DNA of 64,000 bases, taken from IMG/VR virus record IMGVR_UViG_2639762779_000001, positions 76,320 through 140,319 of that record; one strand, 5' to 3'. This DNA is from a virus. Lineage: Duplodnaviria > Caudoviricetes. Under the pieces are notes generated by a model. The model made no database searches, had not been told where the DNA came from, and saw nothing but the letters and a program-made list of their open reading frames with translations. A program made the translations under genes and the position numbers. Numbering within the stretch: position 1 is the first letter of the stretch; each line of letters starts with the position of its first letter. Shown in pieces: positions 1 through 12,100 of the stretch.

Positions 1-830
1 TCCAGTGGATGATGTAGTCGTCGAGCTCGGCCTTGAACCGCTCGTACGAGTCGAGTTCGCGGTCGCGGTAGAACTCGTCCTTGAGATGGCCGAACACCTG
101 TTCGGTGGCGGCGTTGTCCAGGCAGTTGCCCTTGCGGCTCATCGACTGTCGTATGCCCAGTTCCCCGAGCCGTTCGCGCCACCACGGGTGCCGGTACTGC
201 CATCCCATGTCCGAGTGCAATACGGGGCTTGCGCCGGCGGGCAGCTTGGGCGCGAGCATGGCGAGCAGACGCTTCTGCTGTTCCATGTCGGGATGCCGGC
301 TGACGTCCCAGGCCATGATCTCCTTGCTGGCCATGTCATAGACCGGCGCGAGATAGGCCTTGGCGCCTGCGACCTTGAACTCGGTGACGTCGGTGCCGAG
401 CTTGGCGAACGGCCTGTCGGCCCGGAAGTCGCGCTTGAGCAGGTTCGGCACCCGTTCGCCGTCCTCGCCCCTGTACGAGCTGTACTTCCTCCAGGGGTTC
501 GCCGCCCGTATCCGGCACTTGAGCCCCATGCGGCGCATGACCCTGAGCACGGTCTTGGCCGACACCCTCCGCCCGAACTCGTGGACCAGGCACATGTGGA
601 TCTGCCGGTGCCCGCACCCGTTGGCGGTCCTGCCCCAGACCGCCGCGATCAGCGGTTCGAGGTCGGCTCGCGTCACATGCTCCGGATGAGACAGGTGACG
701 GTAGTACGTGGACCGAGCCAACCCGCTGGCCCTCAGCAAGTGGTCGAGCCGGTGTCCCCGCCCTGCGAGCGATCGCACGATGGCGCTTCGCTCGCGCCTC
801 GCGACTTCCACGCCCGCAGGGCGCGCACTT
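1..830 (-). CDS. IS3 transposase OrfB (partial, probably reached by -1 frameshift)
   Basis: Minus frame reads ...LLRASGLARSTYY...; GAAAAAG candidate slippery site at 828-834. Confidence 0.75.
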
Positions 831-1308
831 TTTCCAGGTACGCGACCTTCGCCCTGAGGTAGGCGACCTCCTCGGCGAGCTCCTGCTCGCGCGTCGGCTT
901 GGGCTTCGGACCGGATCTCGCGCCCCTCGGCCTGCCCTTGGGCCTCGGGCGCAGGGCCTCGGGCCCGCCGGTACGGTATTCGCGGCACCAGCGCTCCAGG
1001 GGCGCGACGCTCGCGATTGCGTATTTGGCCATGACCTCCGTCTTGGTCATGTCGTTGTCGACGTGGTCGCGGGCGGCCGCGACCTTCGTCCCCCAGTCGT
1101 AGCTGCGTTTGCCCTTCGCGCCCATGACCGCGTCCTCTCCGTTGGACCTGTATTTCATGATCCATTTTTCCGCGGTCTGCACGGGCATCGCAAGCCGGCG
1201 GGCAAGGAAATGCTTGCCCGCGCCGGCCTTGATGAGCCCCAGCGCCTCGTGCCGGAACCCGTCGTCGTAACGTTTCCTCCGATCCTCACGCATACGAAAG
1301 AACCGCAC
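733..1308 (-). CDS. IS3 transposase OrfA (HTH)
   Basis: Two HTH repeats; LERWCREYR..GPEAL and 'LRAKVAYLEK' coiled coil. Confidence 0.85.
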   Translation of the reverse strand: MRFFRMREDRRKRYDDGFRHEALGLIKAGAGKHFLARRLAMPVQTAEKWIMKYRSNGEDAVMGAKGKRSYDWGTKVAAARDHVDNDMTKTEVMAKYAIASVAPLERWCREYRTGGPEALRPRPKGRPRGARSGPKPKPTREQELAEEVAYLRAKVAYLEKVRALRAWKSRGASEAPSCDRSQGGDTGSTTC

Positions 1309-1397
1309 CTCCGATCATCGAATCTGAATTTCCTCAGCCCAACAATCGGGGTGCGGTTCAGTTCGTTAGTGGCCGCCCCTGTTTTTTCTGGATGCCG

Positions 1398-1952
1398 TCA
1401 GGCGTTGAACTCGAGCTTGTTGAACGCGCCACGGTATTGGGTCATGTCCATGCCGCCGTCACGCCAGTCTACGAACTTGTCCATGCCGGCTTCCGCTCGA
1501 CTGATGTAGAAGTGGCGCAGCCCCTTGCTGTCGGCCTTCTTCGAATCGAGCAGGGCCTGGAACTCCTCGGGCGTGAAGATGAAGAACACGGGCCTGCGCA
1601 GTTCGTCCTCGACGGAGAGGATGTACGCGCCGAACCGGGTGGTGTCGGCGTTGCGCGGGTTGATGGAGTGCCATCCGGACATGGGCTTGCCGGTGTCGGA
1701 GCCAAGGTTGCGGCTGGCGGCGATGAACACGGGGTGACGCCTGCCGTCGTGTCCGATGATGAAGCGGCCCCTGCGTCCCTCGTTGCTGAACGTCTCGCCC
1801 ATTTGGCCGACCTTTTCAGCAAGGGCTTCGATGGCGCGTTTGAGGGTGCCGCCGGTCACGGGCTTCGGGTTTTCGAGTTGGCTGACGCGGGTCTCGAGCT
1901 CGTTGATTCGTTGTTCGAGGATCGCGATCCGCTGGGTGTTGATGTCTTCCAT
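1398..1952 (-). CDS. hypothetical protein with N-terminal coiled coil
   Basis: AAGGAG RBS before ATG 1952; host-like codon usage. Confidence 0.7.
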   Translation of the reverse strand: MEDINTQRIAILEQRINELETRVSQLENPKPVTGGTLKRAIEALAEKVGQMGETFSNEGRRGRFIIGHDGRRHPVFIAASRNLGSDTGKPMSGWHSINPRNADTTRFGAYILSVEDELRRPVFFIFTPEEFQALLDSKKADSKGLRHFYISRAEAGMDKFVDWRDGGMDMTQYRGAFNKLEFNA

Positions 1953-2121
1953 CTTTTGCTCCTTGTTGTCGGGCTGTATTCCTGTCATCATAATTGATTT
2001 TATACTAGATGAAAGTTATATACAAGTAGATTACATAAAATAAATAAGATTTTTTTAGAAAATGCATCCAAACCCACGCTCCGGCTAAACTAGAAAACAG
2101 CACCAACGACGGGAGCAGACC

Positions 2122-2661
2122 ATGAACAGAAGAACAATCGCAACCATCAGCGCAATCCCACTGCTCCTACTCGCCACAGCATGCGGAACCCCAACAGCCA
2201 GACCGAATACCACCGCGCCGAAAACGCAGACACAGACGGAAACGAAAAAGAAGCCAGCACCCGAACCCAAGAAGGAAACCACCACCGAGGAAAAGCCCGC
2301 CGAGGAACCCGCGAAACCGACGGAACCAGCCACAGACCCGACCCTAGGCGAATGGACCGAAACCATGAACTCTCCATCCGATTTATCCGGACAGCTTGAC
2401 GAAGCGTGGCTGCGCTGCTCACCACAGAACAACCCGACCCCCGGACTGTTCTCATGGAAACGATCCCTGAATCACGACGGCGTATGGCTGCACGTCGCGG
2501 AAGGCGGAATGGACGGCTCAGTCCAGCAATCCTGTATGAACAGTCTGTTCGGTGAAGCTGAGTCGGAACCGACCGGTGAATGGACCGCAACGAACCTGAA
2601 CGGAATCACACTCTGGCAGAAGTCAAACGGTGGTGCAATTGATTCCGTTTGGCGTTACTAA
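2122..2661 (+). CDS. lipoprotein, Pro/Thr/Glu-rich linker
   Basis: GGGAG RBS; signal peptide with LATAC lipobox. Confidence 0.8.
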   Translation: MNRRTIATISAIPLLLLATACGTPTARPNTTAPKTQTQTETKKKPAPEPKKETTTEEKPAEEPAKPTEPATDPTLGEWTETMNSPSDLSGQLDEAWLRCSPQNNPTPGLFSWKRSLNHDGVWLHVAEGGMDGSVQQSCMNSLFGEAESEPTGEWTATNLNGITLWQKSNGGAIDSVWRY

Positions 2662-2880
2662 GCAACGCTCTTAGACACAAATATTCCGCATACGGAACGT
2701 TTGTGTATATTGTCCGAATTTGTTTCAGAAAAAAAATATCCCCTCATCAGTCAGTAGGCACGCCGAAGAGACGAGGCCTCCCTTAGGCTTCGCGCCGGCC
2801 GGCTAGGGCTCGGCCGAGGGTGATTTCGTCGGCGTATTCGAGGTCGGAGCCGACCGGCAGACCACTGGCAAGGCGCGTGA

Positions 2881-3324
2881 TCAGTATTCTGCTGGCTGCC
2901 CGTAGTCGTCGTATTGTTCTTCCGTCTCGGCTTTGCGTCGGCCTTTTTCCTGTATTTCGCTGGTTTGGTCGGTGCCGCTGATTTCGGTGCGTCGGCCGAT
3001 CCAGCCGATGATGGTGAATGTGATGCAGAAGATGACGAGCAGGATTCCGATAATGGCGATGATGCCGAGAATCCAACCGTAGCTGTGCGTCTGTCCGGTC
3101 AACCATTGGATGACGTTCGCCGCGGTCACGTCGTTCGCGTATTCGGGACTGTCGGATAGCGTTTCCAAACGCTGATTGTTCATGCCGAGAAAATAGGAGG
3201 CGTAGCCGACCAGGGGAGCGGCTATCGCGGTGACGGCTCCTGCAGCCCACATGAAGAACTGGTACCGGTTGTACCATTTGCTGATTTTCCAAAGGATGCC
3301 CATGATTTCTATTGAACCAGTCAC
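2881..3324 (-). CDS. two-TM membrane protein
   Basis: Two hydrophobic helices; start position uncertain. Confidence 0.7.
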   Translation of the reverse strand: MTGSIEIMGILWKISKWYNRYQFFMWAAGAVTAIAAPLVGYASYFLGMNNQRLETLSDSPEYANDVTAANVIQWLTGQTHSYGWILGIIAIIGILLVIFCITFTIIGWIGRRTEISGTDQTSEIQEKGRRKAETEEQYDDYGQPAEY

Positions 3325-3357
3325 AGACGGAAATAAATCCCTAAAATTCTAGGATAT

Positions 3358-4524
3358 TCAGTTTTCCGCCTGAGCTTTAGCGATGTCCTTCTTCATTTGA
3401 TGGTGGACTGCGTGCTCTTTTAGATAATCACGCAAATAGGGAATCTTGAAGTCAACATATCCGAAGCTGGTTTGTTCAATGACATCTTCTTTAATCAGCT
3501 GTGCCCTATACACGCCTGCATACTTGACATCACGGTGAATTCGTTCGGCTATAACGCGGGTATTCGACGGGCCGTCGTCTTGTGACATCGCAATCAGATA
3601 ATCTCTTGCCATCGGGGAAAGGTTGTCGAATTCTGGACCATGAACCATGCTGCCCAAACTGATTCGAGCTTTCTCTATACCTTGTTGTGCATCTTGCATG
3701 TGTATGCGATCCAAGTGGCTATTCACATCTGAATAACGCCATGACCAGTATCCGACCAGCTGGATCATGAAAGGATAGCCATTTGTGGCTTCGGTCAATG
3801 AGTTCAGTACATCATAGTCTGCATCCTTCCCGTATTGTGAAGTGGTTTTTTCAAAAGCGGACCATATTTCCTTAAGGTCAACGCTCCCTAGATGATGACA
3901 TTCAGCTCGTCTCAAAAAAGTAAGCACATCATCATTAATGACGGTATCCACCATTGAAGGAAGACCAGCGAACACAAATGCCACATTCCTTTTTTCTCGG
4001 ATTAAATGTTGGATTCCAATGGCAAGGGAGCGGATTTCCGGCAAAGAGCTGGGTTGGACCTCATCCAACGTGATCAATACACCCTGTTCGGCTTCGTCCA
4101 ACCGGTCTAAACGATCAACGATGGCGTGCCTTATATCCAGAACTTGATTATCTCTTTGAAGCTCAACCGAACCTAAATCTAATGACGCTTGAAATCCTAC
4201 CCCCGGCACTGCAAACCCGCCTGAGGGTAGCTCATATTTGCGTATACGGGTTTCCGGCTTATCCAGTAGTTCTTGAATCAACCTGCTCAGAAAGCCCACT
4301 TCAGCAGTTTCGTCGATTACGTGCCATCCACGATTTCTGGCGATGTCTCCAAGAGCATTCAACATGACGGTTTTCCCCACGCCTCGGGCACCGGTTACGT
4401 ATAGGAGTCTTCCTGGAGCGCCCACTCCATCATCTAGCGCAATCTGAAAATCGTCCAGCTCGGATTGTCTGCCTACTAGCACAGGAGGCGTCATTCCTGC
4501 AGTCGGCTTAAATGGATTGGGCAT
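3358..4524 (-). CDS. AAA+/STAND-like P-loop ATPase with C-terminal HTH
   Basis: NPFxP..P..LVGR start, Walker A GARGVGKT, Walker B ITLDEVQ, GYPFMIQ; lower GC than flanks. Confidence 0.88.
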   Translation of the reverse strand: MPNPFKPTAGMTPPVLVGRQSELDDFQIALDDGVGAPGRLLYVTGARGVGKTVMLNALGDIARNRGWHVIDETAEVGFLSRLIQELLDKPETRIRKYELPSGGFAVPGVGFQASLDLGSVELQRDNQVLDIRHAIVDRLDRLDEAEQGVLITLDEVQPSSLPEIRSLAIGIQHLIREKRNVAFVFAGLPSMVDTVINDDVLTFLRRAECHHLGSVDLKEIWSAFEKTTSQYGKDADYDVLNSLTEATNGYPFMIQLVGYWSWRYSDVNSHLDRIHMQDAQQGIEKARISLGSMVHGPEFDNLSPMARDYLIAMSQDDGPSNTRVIAERIHRDVKYAGVYRAQLIKEDVIEQTSFGYVDFKIPYLRDYLKEHAVHHQMKKDIAKAQAEN

Positions 4525-4565
4525 AACCTTGACTTTCTGTTTGTGTTTCTTTCAACACCATAACA

Positions 4566-4602
4566 CAAAATCTAAAAAATCTAAAAAATCTAAAATCGTC
4601 TA
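4566..4602 (+). repeat. short tandem repeat (AAAAATCTA x3) upstream of ATPase gene
   Basis: aaaatctaaaaaatctaaaaaatctaaaatcgtctaa. Confidence 0.6.
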
Positions 4603-4680
4603 AAAAACAATTCGTAAAGTAGGGGAGTTTTTTGTCTGTGTGTTTTTTGTGTTTTGTGTGTTGCGAACAGCAGTATATGC

Positions 4681-4720
4681 TATACTGAATACGTCCACAT
4701 GAAATTGAAAGAGGAAAAAT
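4681..4720 (+). promoter_or_regulatory. conserved promoter/operator/RBS module, copy 1
   Basis: TATACTGAATACGTCCACATGAAATTGAAAGAGGAAAA. Confidence 0.75.
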
Positions 4721-4728
4721 CATGAGCC

Positions 4729-4772
4729 AAAAAGCATCCTTCCCACGTCAAAGAAAAACGTGGAAAGGATGC
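4729..4772 (-). terminator. Rho-independent terminator of 4806..5822
   Basis: GCATCCTTCCCACGT/ACGTGGAAAGGATGC stem followed by T5 on minus strand. Confidence 0.7.
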
Positions 4773-4805
4773 TGTAATACTTTGGCGGCAGAGGGTCTGA
4801 AAAAA

Positions 4806-5822
4806 TCAGAAACCAACAGAACTGCAGGGAACCCAAGTTCCAGGCTTTCCACTCGTGTCTGTTACGGAACACATCTGCTCGTATTCATCTCCACTCGGAG
4901 TTGGAGCTGGTGCAGGGGCGGTGGTCCTCGGTGCCGGTGCCGCGTTCCCCCTTCCGGTACTGGTCCGCTGGTAGGAGCCACCGGATGAGGTGGAGCGGCG
5001 GTAGGTGGTGTTCGAATACGGATTCGACTGCGCCGCGGCCGCCTGAGCCGCCGCTGCCGCGGCTGCGGCCTCCTCGTCGGCCTTGGTCTTCGCTGCGATC
5101 GAATCGTTCACGCCCTTGATGGCCAACTCCAATGCCTTGCGGGCCTCGTCGAGCTTCGAAGGCTCCTTGCCGTCCTTGAGCTTGTTCCCGGAATCGATGG
5201 CCTTGGTCAGGGTCTCGCGGGTCGCGTTGTCCTGCACCTTGCCGTCGGAGTCCTTGAGGAGCTTGGACGCTTCATCGACCTTCTTGGCGAGCGCGTTCTT
5301 CGCGGTTTCCAGGGTCTTCGCGGCCTTGGATGCGGTCACGGCCTTCACGGCTTCCGACAGGCTCTTCTCGTGGGATTCGTACCATTTCGCTTGGGAATTC
5401 AGCTTCACGGTCGCCGCATCCAGGCCATCCTTGCCGTCGGTCACGCAACCCTCATACCCGGGCGCCGTTTCCTTCAACGCCTTGGCCAGGGCATCAACGG
5501 TCTTCGAATCCTTCACCTGATCCGCCTTGATGGCGGAAGCATCGGCAGCAGCCCCGTTGACCAATGAGTTGTATTCGTTGGCGGCGCCACGCAGCGTATC
5601 GCTTGCCTGGGCGCACGCTGACTTCGCCACGTTCAATTCATGAGTAGTGTATGCATGCCATCCACCCAGACCGGCTCCGATCAGCACGACGATGGCGCCT
5701 GCGGCGATGGCGGGAACCAGCCACTTGGGACGCCTGCGCATCGTAGACTCCGTGCTCTCGATACCGGTCTCCGTCGGGGGAGTGGTATCCTCGACGATAT
5801 CGTTCTTCTTTTCCTCGTTCAT
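4806..5822 (-). CDS. membrane-anchored coiled-coil extracellular protein
   Basis: GGAGA RBS; N-terminal TM helix, Ala/Lys-rich helical body, Ala and Ser/Pro linker, C-terminal Cys pair. Confidence 0.85.
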   Translation of the reverse strand: MNEEKKNDIVEDTTPPTETGIESTESTMRRRPKWLVPAIAAGAIVVLIGAGLGGWHAYTTHELNVAKSACAQASDTLRGAANEYNSLVNGAAADASAIKADQVKDSKTVDALAKALKETAPGYEGCVTDGKDGLDAATVKLNSQAKWYESHEKSLSEAVKAVTASKAAKTLETAKNALAKKVDEASKLLKDSDGKVQDNATRETLTKAIDSGNKLKDGKEPSKLDEARKALELAIKGVNDSIAAKTKADEEAAAAAAAAQAAAAQSNPYSNTTYRRSTSSGGSYQRTSTGRGNAAPAPRTTAPAPAPTPSGDEYEQMCSVTDTSGKPGTWVPCSSVGF

Positions 5823-6122
5823 TGCTGTTGTTCTCCTTGGTGGTTCTTCGCTGATTATCGTCCACCCTGTGGATGGGCAGGCGATTCGCGAACGTGTTTT
5901 ATTTTTTGTTCAGTTTCAGTCTTACCTGTCAATTGCGAAACGTAAAGCTGCGAGGCGGAGTGGCCGCAGCTTATATATAGGGGAGTTGTTGCCTTTTCCA
6001 CAAAAAACGTTTTTTTCATATTTTTTAGTGTTAATTGCGCAATCTACGGCTAGTCTTGTTTTGTTGTAGGCACCATGGGAAATTCCCCGTGCCGGTGAGA
6101 TAGTCAAGATTAAGGAGACGAT

Positions 6123-9100
6123 ATGGGGAGGATCCTCAACAACGTCAACCATGGTCCGGGCTTGCTGAAACGTTTGGGACGGATCGTTGCGGCATCGGTC
6201 GCAGCCGTCGCTACGTTGGCGGGTGGCATGCTGGTTGCGGGCACCGCAAACGCTGCCACCGCGCAGGGGCCGGGCTACTGGTTCAACCCGTTCAACAGCG
6301 GGCTCGTGTATGCGGGCCACCACGGGTTTGCACTCGGCGTGCAGGGCACGCGCAACGGGCGTCCCGCGTATTGCATCCAGATCGGCGTGGCCGGTATCGA
6401 CACGAACGCGGGCACTTGGGCGGATGCGACCGACGCCACGTCGAAGGTCGCCGCGTACATGGTCGACAAGAACGCGGGCGACATGAGCGATTTGACCCAG
6501 GCGGCTGTCGCCTACGCGATCCACGAGCATCTGGACGAGCACCCCACCTGGTGGGCCTCCGTGAAGACGCACCAGACCGGTCTTGAGGGCGGGGACTGGA
6601 ACACGGTCGCCACACGCGCCGCCCAGTTGTGGCAGGATGCGGCCGACAACATGCCCGCCAACATTAGGGCCTCCTACAAATACACGCAGGGCGAACGCAA
6701 AGGCACTTATGACCCAGGTATCAGAACCTCTACCGGAGCTTTCATAAGTGGGCTTGCATATACATTGAAAATCAACGGTCCGGCCGTGTTTGATGCGACC
6801 GGCACAAATACCTACACCGGTACGACCACTGGTGCAGCCGAGCATATTGCGTGGACGGCAACTGGCAACGGTTCTGTGAGTGTCACAGCATCTCATAAGA
6901 TATCCAAGGCCATTAAGCAGAGCGCTCCCGGTCAGGATCTGTTCGCGCCCACCGATCCTGAGACCACTTCCGCGAACATCACGTTTAATGTACGTCGTGA
7001 TTTCCAGCCGACCGTGTCCACCCAGGTCGGCAGCAAGATCGTGCCCAGGGGCGCGAGGGTGTCCGACAGGGTGACCAGCGGCATCAAGCAGGGCGACGAA
7101 TGGGCCAACGGGGTCAACGTGACCGCCAAAGGCTACTACTACACGCTCGACGCCCGGCAGGCCAACGGCCTCGCGGTCCTCAAACAGAACGGGAACGAGA
7201 AGACCGCCGACTATTTGAACCGCGTCGCCAAGACGTACGGCAACCCGGCCGCCACCGCGGACGCCACGTTCTCCGGCCCCGGCCAGACGCAGGCCGTCAC
7301 CGCGAAGAACGCGGACGGCACCGACTACGTCAACCCGCAGGACGGGCGCATCGGCACCTGGGTGTGGGCGATCCTCAAGAACGAGCAGACGCAGCCCGAC
7401 TACATCACCGCCGACTACACGGACCCGTTCGGACAGGCCACCGAATCCGACATCCACAAGACCGGCCCGAACCATGACTCCACCGTGCTCGAACAGTACA
7501 CGGGCCTGAACAAGGACATCATGGACACGATCACCATCGGCGGCCTGCCCCAGGACTACGGCCAGTTCAACACGAACCAGGCCTACGGCTTCGGTGGCGA
7601 CGTGAAGGCCAAGATCCGCGTCTGGTGGGCGGGCTCCGGCACCGGCGACCGCACGCAGGACGAGAAGTTCAAGCCGAACACCCAGGCCGAGCCGGCCGCG
7701 GACGCCAACCACAGGCTGCTCGGAGAATGGGAGGTCCCCGCGGGCAACGGCACGTACAAGGTCGGCGGCGGCAGGATCACGTTCCGTCCCGCGAACGCCG
7801 GCAAGGCGCAGACCGTCGCGGAGGATGTGAACATCACCGCGACCGACGCGAGCCAGACCGGATACTACGTGTTCGTCTACGACTTCCCCGGCTCCGACCG
7901 CGCCAGCGCGTTCAAGAGCGCGTACAACGACCCGTGGGAGCGCAGCTTCGTGGAAAAAAACCCGGCGACCGTTGACCTGACGTCCAACGTGAGCGCCATC
8001 GAGGTCGGACAGGGCGAGGAGTTCCACGACGTTGCACACATCAACGGCAAGGTGTCGCGCGGCAGCTACGTGCTGTTCACCGCGTACGACGCGGTGCCCG
8101 GACGCCCGGACACCAGCGCCGCGAAGCTGCTCGACGCCGTCCGCGTGGACATCACCGACGAGCAGGCCGACGCGTCCGACAAGAGCGCGTTCGACGTGGT
8201 CAGCCCCACCGTCAAGACGGACAAGACCGGTAACGTGTACTGGCAGGCCGAACTGTACAACGCGGACGGCGAACCGCTCGCCACGCACGAACTCGGCATC
8301 GAGAGCGAGACCACCATCGTGCGCGGCGTCAGCGTCACCACGAAGGTCAGCAGCGAGCAGGTGTACGTCAACCAGAAGTTCCACGACACCGCCATCATCG
8401 ACGGCAAGGTGGGGCGCGGCAGCTACGTCGTGTTCGACGCGTACGGCCCGTGCGACGACGAGTACACGGACGGTGCGCCCAAGCTGCTCGACAGCGCCAA
8501 GGTCGCCATCCCCGACGGCGTGGCCGACAAGAGCGCATGGAACACGAGCTTCACCATCGACAGCCCCGACATCACGTCCAAGACGGCGGGCAACGTGTAC
8601 TGGCAGGCCAAGGTGTACCGCAAGGACGGGCTGCTGCTCGCCCAGCACGACTTGGGCATCGCCGGCGAGACCGTGAAGGTCATGCAGCCGACCATCACCA
8701 CGCAGGTCACCAAGACCACCGTCCATCCGGGCGAGGAGTTCGCCGACAAGGCCACCATCGAAGGCAAGGTCGAGCGTGGCAGCTACGTCACCTTCGACGC
8801 CTACGAGCCGGTCAGCGGCGACCCCGACACCACTGCGGGCAAGCTGCTCGACAGCGCGCGCGTGGACATCACCGACGAGCAGGCCGACCGCTCCGACAAG
8901 GAGAAGATAACGGTCACCAGCCCGAAGACGAAGACCGACAACTCCGGCAGCGTCTACTGGAAGGCCACCCTGCACGCCAAGGACGGCACCGCCATCGCCA
9001 CCCACGACTTGGGACTGCCGTCCGAAACCGTGTACGTCGCGCCCGGCGGCTACCTCAGCTCGCAGGCGCAGGTCATGGGCGCCACCGGCGAACCGCTGTA

Positions 9101-12100
9101 CGACACGATCACCGTGTACAACGAGTCGGACGGCCACGAGGGCAACGGCAACAGCAACCCGAGCGGCATGATCGGCTCGATCCCGGCCGGCTCCCATGTG
9201 ACCGTGGAGGCCTACCGTCAGGACGGCAACAACACGGCATCCAAGAGCAACCTGATCGGCACGCACGACTTCCCGATCGACATCAGCCAGATGCGGGACG
9301 GGAGGCTCACGTTCAAGGCGCAGGACAAGGCCTTCACCATGACCGACCCGGGCATGGTCTACTGGGTCGCGACCCTGAAGACCGCGAACGGCGCCGTGTT
9401 GGACAAGGGCGTGTTCGGCGAATCCGGCGACCAGCACGGCACCGGAGTCGAGAGCATGGAACGCACCCCCGTGCAGGAGTACGACACCACCATCAGCAAG
9501 AAGTGGTTCAGCGTCAACTCCGACGAATACGAGGAGAAGACCGTCAGCGTGTATGACGTTCTCAAGCAGACCTCGTGGCGTCAGCACAAGGGCGACGTGG
9601 CGACCCTGATCGGCCAGACCGCGGACGGCACCAAGTACCAGTTCGAGGTGTGGAAGCAGGGCGACGGCGACCAGACGAGCGACAAGCTCATGTGGCACGG
9701 CGACAGCCACGAGATGCCGCAGTCCAAGCTCGCGCCGAACGACCCGAAGTCGGATTCCGTCTGGCAGCAGATGAAGTCCGAGACGTTCACCATCGGCAAG
9801 GACTGGGGCGTGGGCGCGTACTACGTGCGCGTGCTCGTCACCAACCCGAACGTGGACAACACGGTCGAAGGCAAGCAGAACGTGATCAAGTACACGGCCG
9901 CCCGCGACGAGGCCGAAACGTTCCGCGTGTTCAAGGTCACCTCCACATCCGCCGAAAAGCTGTGGACCTCGAACCAGAAGCACGTGCAGGACATCCTGCA
10001 CGTGGAGGGCACCATGCCGAAGGGCAGCAGCCTCCTGACCGAGGTCTGGTCGACCGACGACAAGGGCAACAGCCTCAAGAAGGTGGCCGAATCCACGAAG
10101 CTCACACTCGACAAGGATGTGACCAACGCGGACATCAAGGCCCCCGTCATGGACAACCCGGGCAAGGCCGGAAGCTACCAGTTCCGCTTCCGCATCTGGA
10201 GCCCCGACAACCTCGGCGGAGACCCGGACATCGACCCGGGGAACGTGATCCTCGACGACTCCTGGAAGCAGGGCGACGGATACGCGAACAGGAACCTCAT
10301 CTTCGACGGCAGGAACGTACCCTCCGAGCACTTCGAGATCGTCAAGATCACGACCAGGGTCGCAGGCACCGCGAACATCCACTCCTACAAGGGCGAGAAC
10401 TACGTGAACGTCACCCATCCGACCCAGATCGGCGACCACGCCGACATCGAGGGCAAGATACTCGACGGATACAAGCTCGGCTTCGAACTCTACAAGCAGG
10501 ATACCGGCAAGGACACGTCCAAGGACACGCTCGCCGCCACCATCCAGCCCACGGACCTGCACGCCGCGCAGACCGCGTTGGACTCCGCACTCACCTCGCT
10601 CGACAAGCCGGGCGACTACTACTGGGTGTGGGTGTTCCAGAAGGCCGACGGAAGCAAGTTCCAGCCCGACGGCGAGACCCAGGTCCGCTCCGACCACCGC
10701 ATCAAGGACGAAAGCCTGCACGCGGCCCGGATCACGACCACCACCGCCAAGTGGACCGCCAAGGGCGGCGAAACCCAGGACGTGGCCCTCATCGAGGGTT
10801 GCGTGCCGGATGACGCCATCGCCAACTTCGAACTCCACGAGTACGAGACCGGCGACATCGCGGCCACCACCAGCGACAAGACCCTCAAGCAGCTCGGCTA
10901 CAAGACGTGCGCGAACGGCGACAGCAAGCAGACCATCGAATCCGAGAAGATCACCGTCCCGGACGCGAAGGACTACTACTTCGTCGAATCCGTCCACTTC
11001 CCGGGCGAGGACAAGGATCACGGGTTCCACCGCGGCGACACCAAGGTCCCGTACGAGTCGACGCGCAGCATCGACGCGACCACGGAAACCTACGTGGAGC
11101 AGGCGCTGGGCACCGCCGTATCCGACCGCACCGACCTCGAGAACATCAAGTACTCGAAGAACGACGGCAAGGACATCCGCGACGACCTGACCGGCCCGCT
11201 GACCGCAAGCTGGGAAGTGTGGAAGCAGGCGGCCGGCGACGACGAGTCGAAGGACGTGAAGCTCACCACCCTGGCCGACAAGGACCGGGCCGTCAAGCTC
11301 GAATCCGGCCAGACCACGGTCGACAGCCCCGAATGGAAGCCGAGCCAGACCGGCGTCTACTACTTCCGCGTCATCATCCGCGACGAGAACGGCAAGACGC
11401 TCAAGTACGGCGCGGCCCGCGAACCGTCCGAAACGATCCATATCATCAACGCCAAGTCGGCGACCGATGAGGTGATCGAGGAAGGCGGCAGGCTCCACGA
11501 CAGGGTCACCATCAACGGCCCGGTCGTGGAAGGCACCATGATCGGCTGGAGCATCTACAACACCGGCGACGGTGCGGCGGATGCGGACACGCTGGTCGAA
11601 CAGTGGAACACGCCGCAGGATGGCGCATACGTGATCACCGCCGAGGATGCCGCCAAGGCGGCCAAGGACGGGAAGATCACCATCACCAGCCCGAAGGCGT
11701 ACGAGAAGGGCAAGGCGGGAGACCGCCCGTACTTCGTGTTCAGCCTGACCGGCCCCAGGCGCGGCAAGGACGGCCGGCCCGTCAAGCCCGCCAAGGACAA
11801 GGACGGCGTGTACACGATGGACCACCTGATGACCGACGGCCTGCTCCCGATCGGAAGCGAACCGCAGGTCGATGGGGATGATGCGACACCGGAGACCGTG
11901 CCGGCCGCCTTCTACATCGATCCGGCGCGCACACCGTCCGAGACGGGCAGCGTCATCAGGATCACCACCACCGCCAGCACGCACAACGCGACCGTGGGCG
12001 ACAGGATCCATGACACCGCGCACATCACCGGATACGTGCCCGAAGGCTACTGCGTGAAGTTCGAGTACTGGCAGCAGAACGACGGGGATGTGAGCAACGA

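Larger units (their letters stand above)
1..1360 (-). mobile_element. IS3-family insertion sequence, truncated by window start
   Basis: Minus-strand end begins TGAACCGCACCCCGATTGTTG at 1360 (TG start typical of IS3 IRL); orfA with HTH and overlapping orfB with integrase-type N-terminus. Confidence 0.9.

Noticed and set aside
5-862. 285-aa plus-strand ORF
   Set aside because: Antisense shadow of IS3 orfB
4722-4988. 88-aa ORF after promoter module copy 1
   Set aside because: Runs into a terminator hairpin and overlaps the convergent gene; more likely a remnant start
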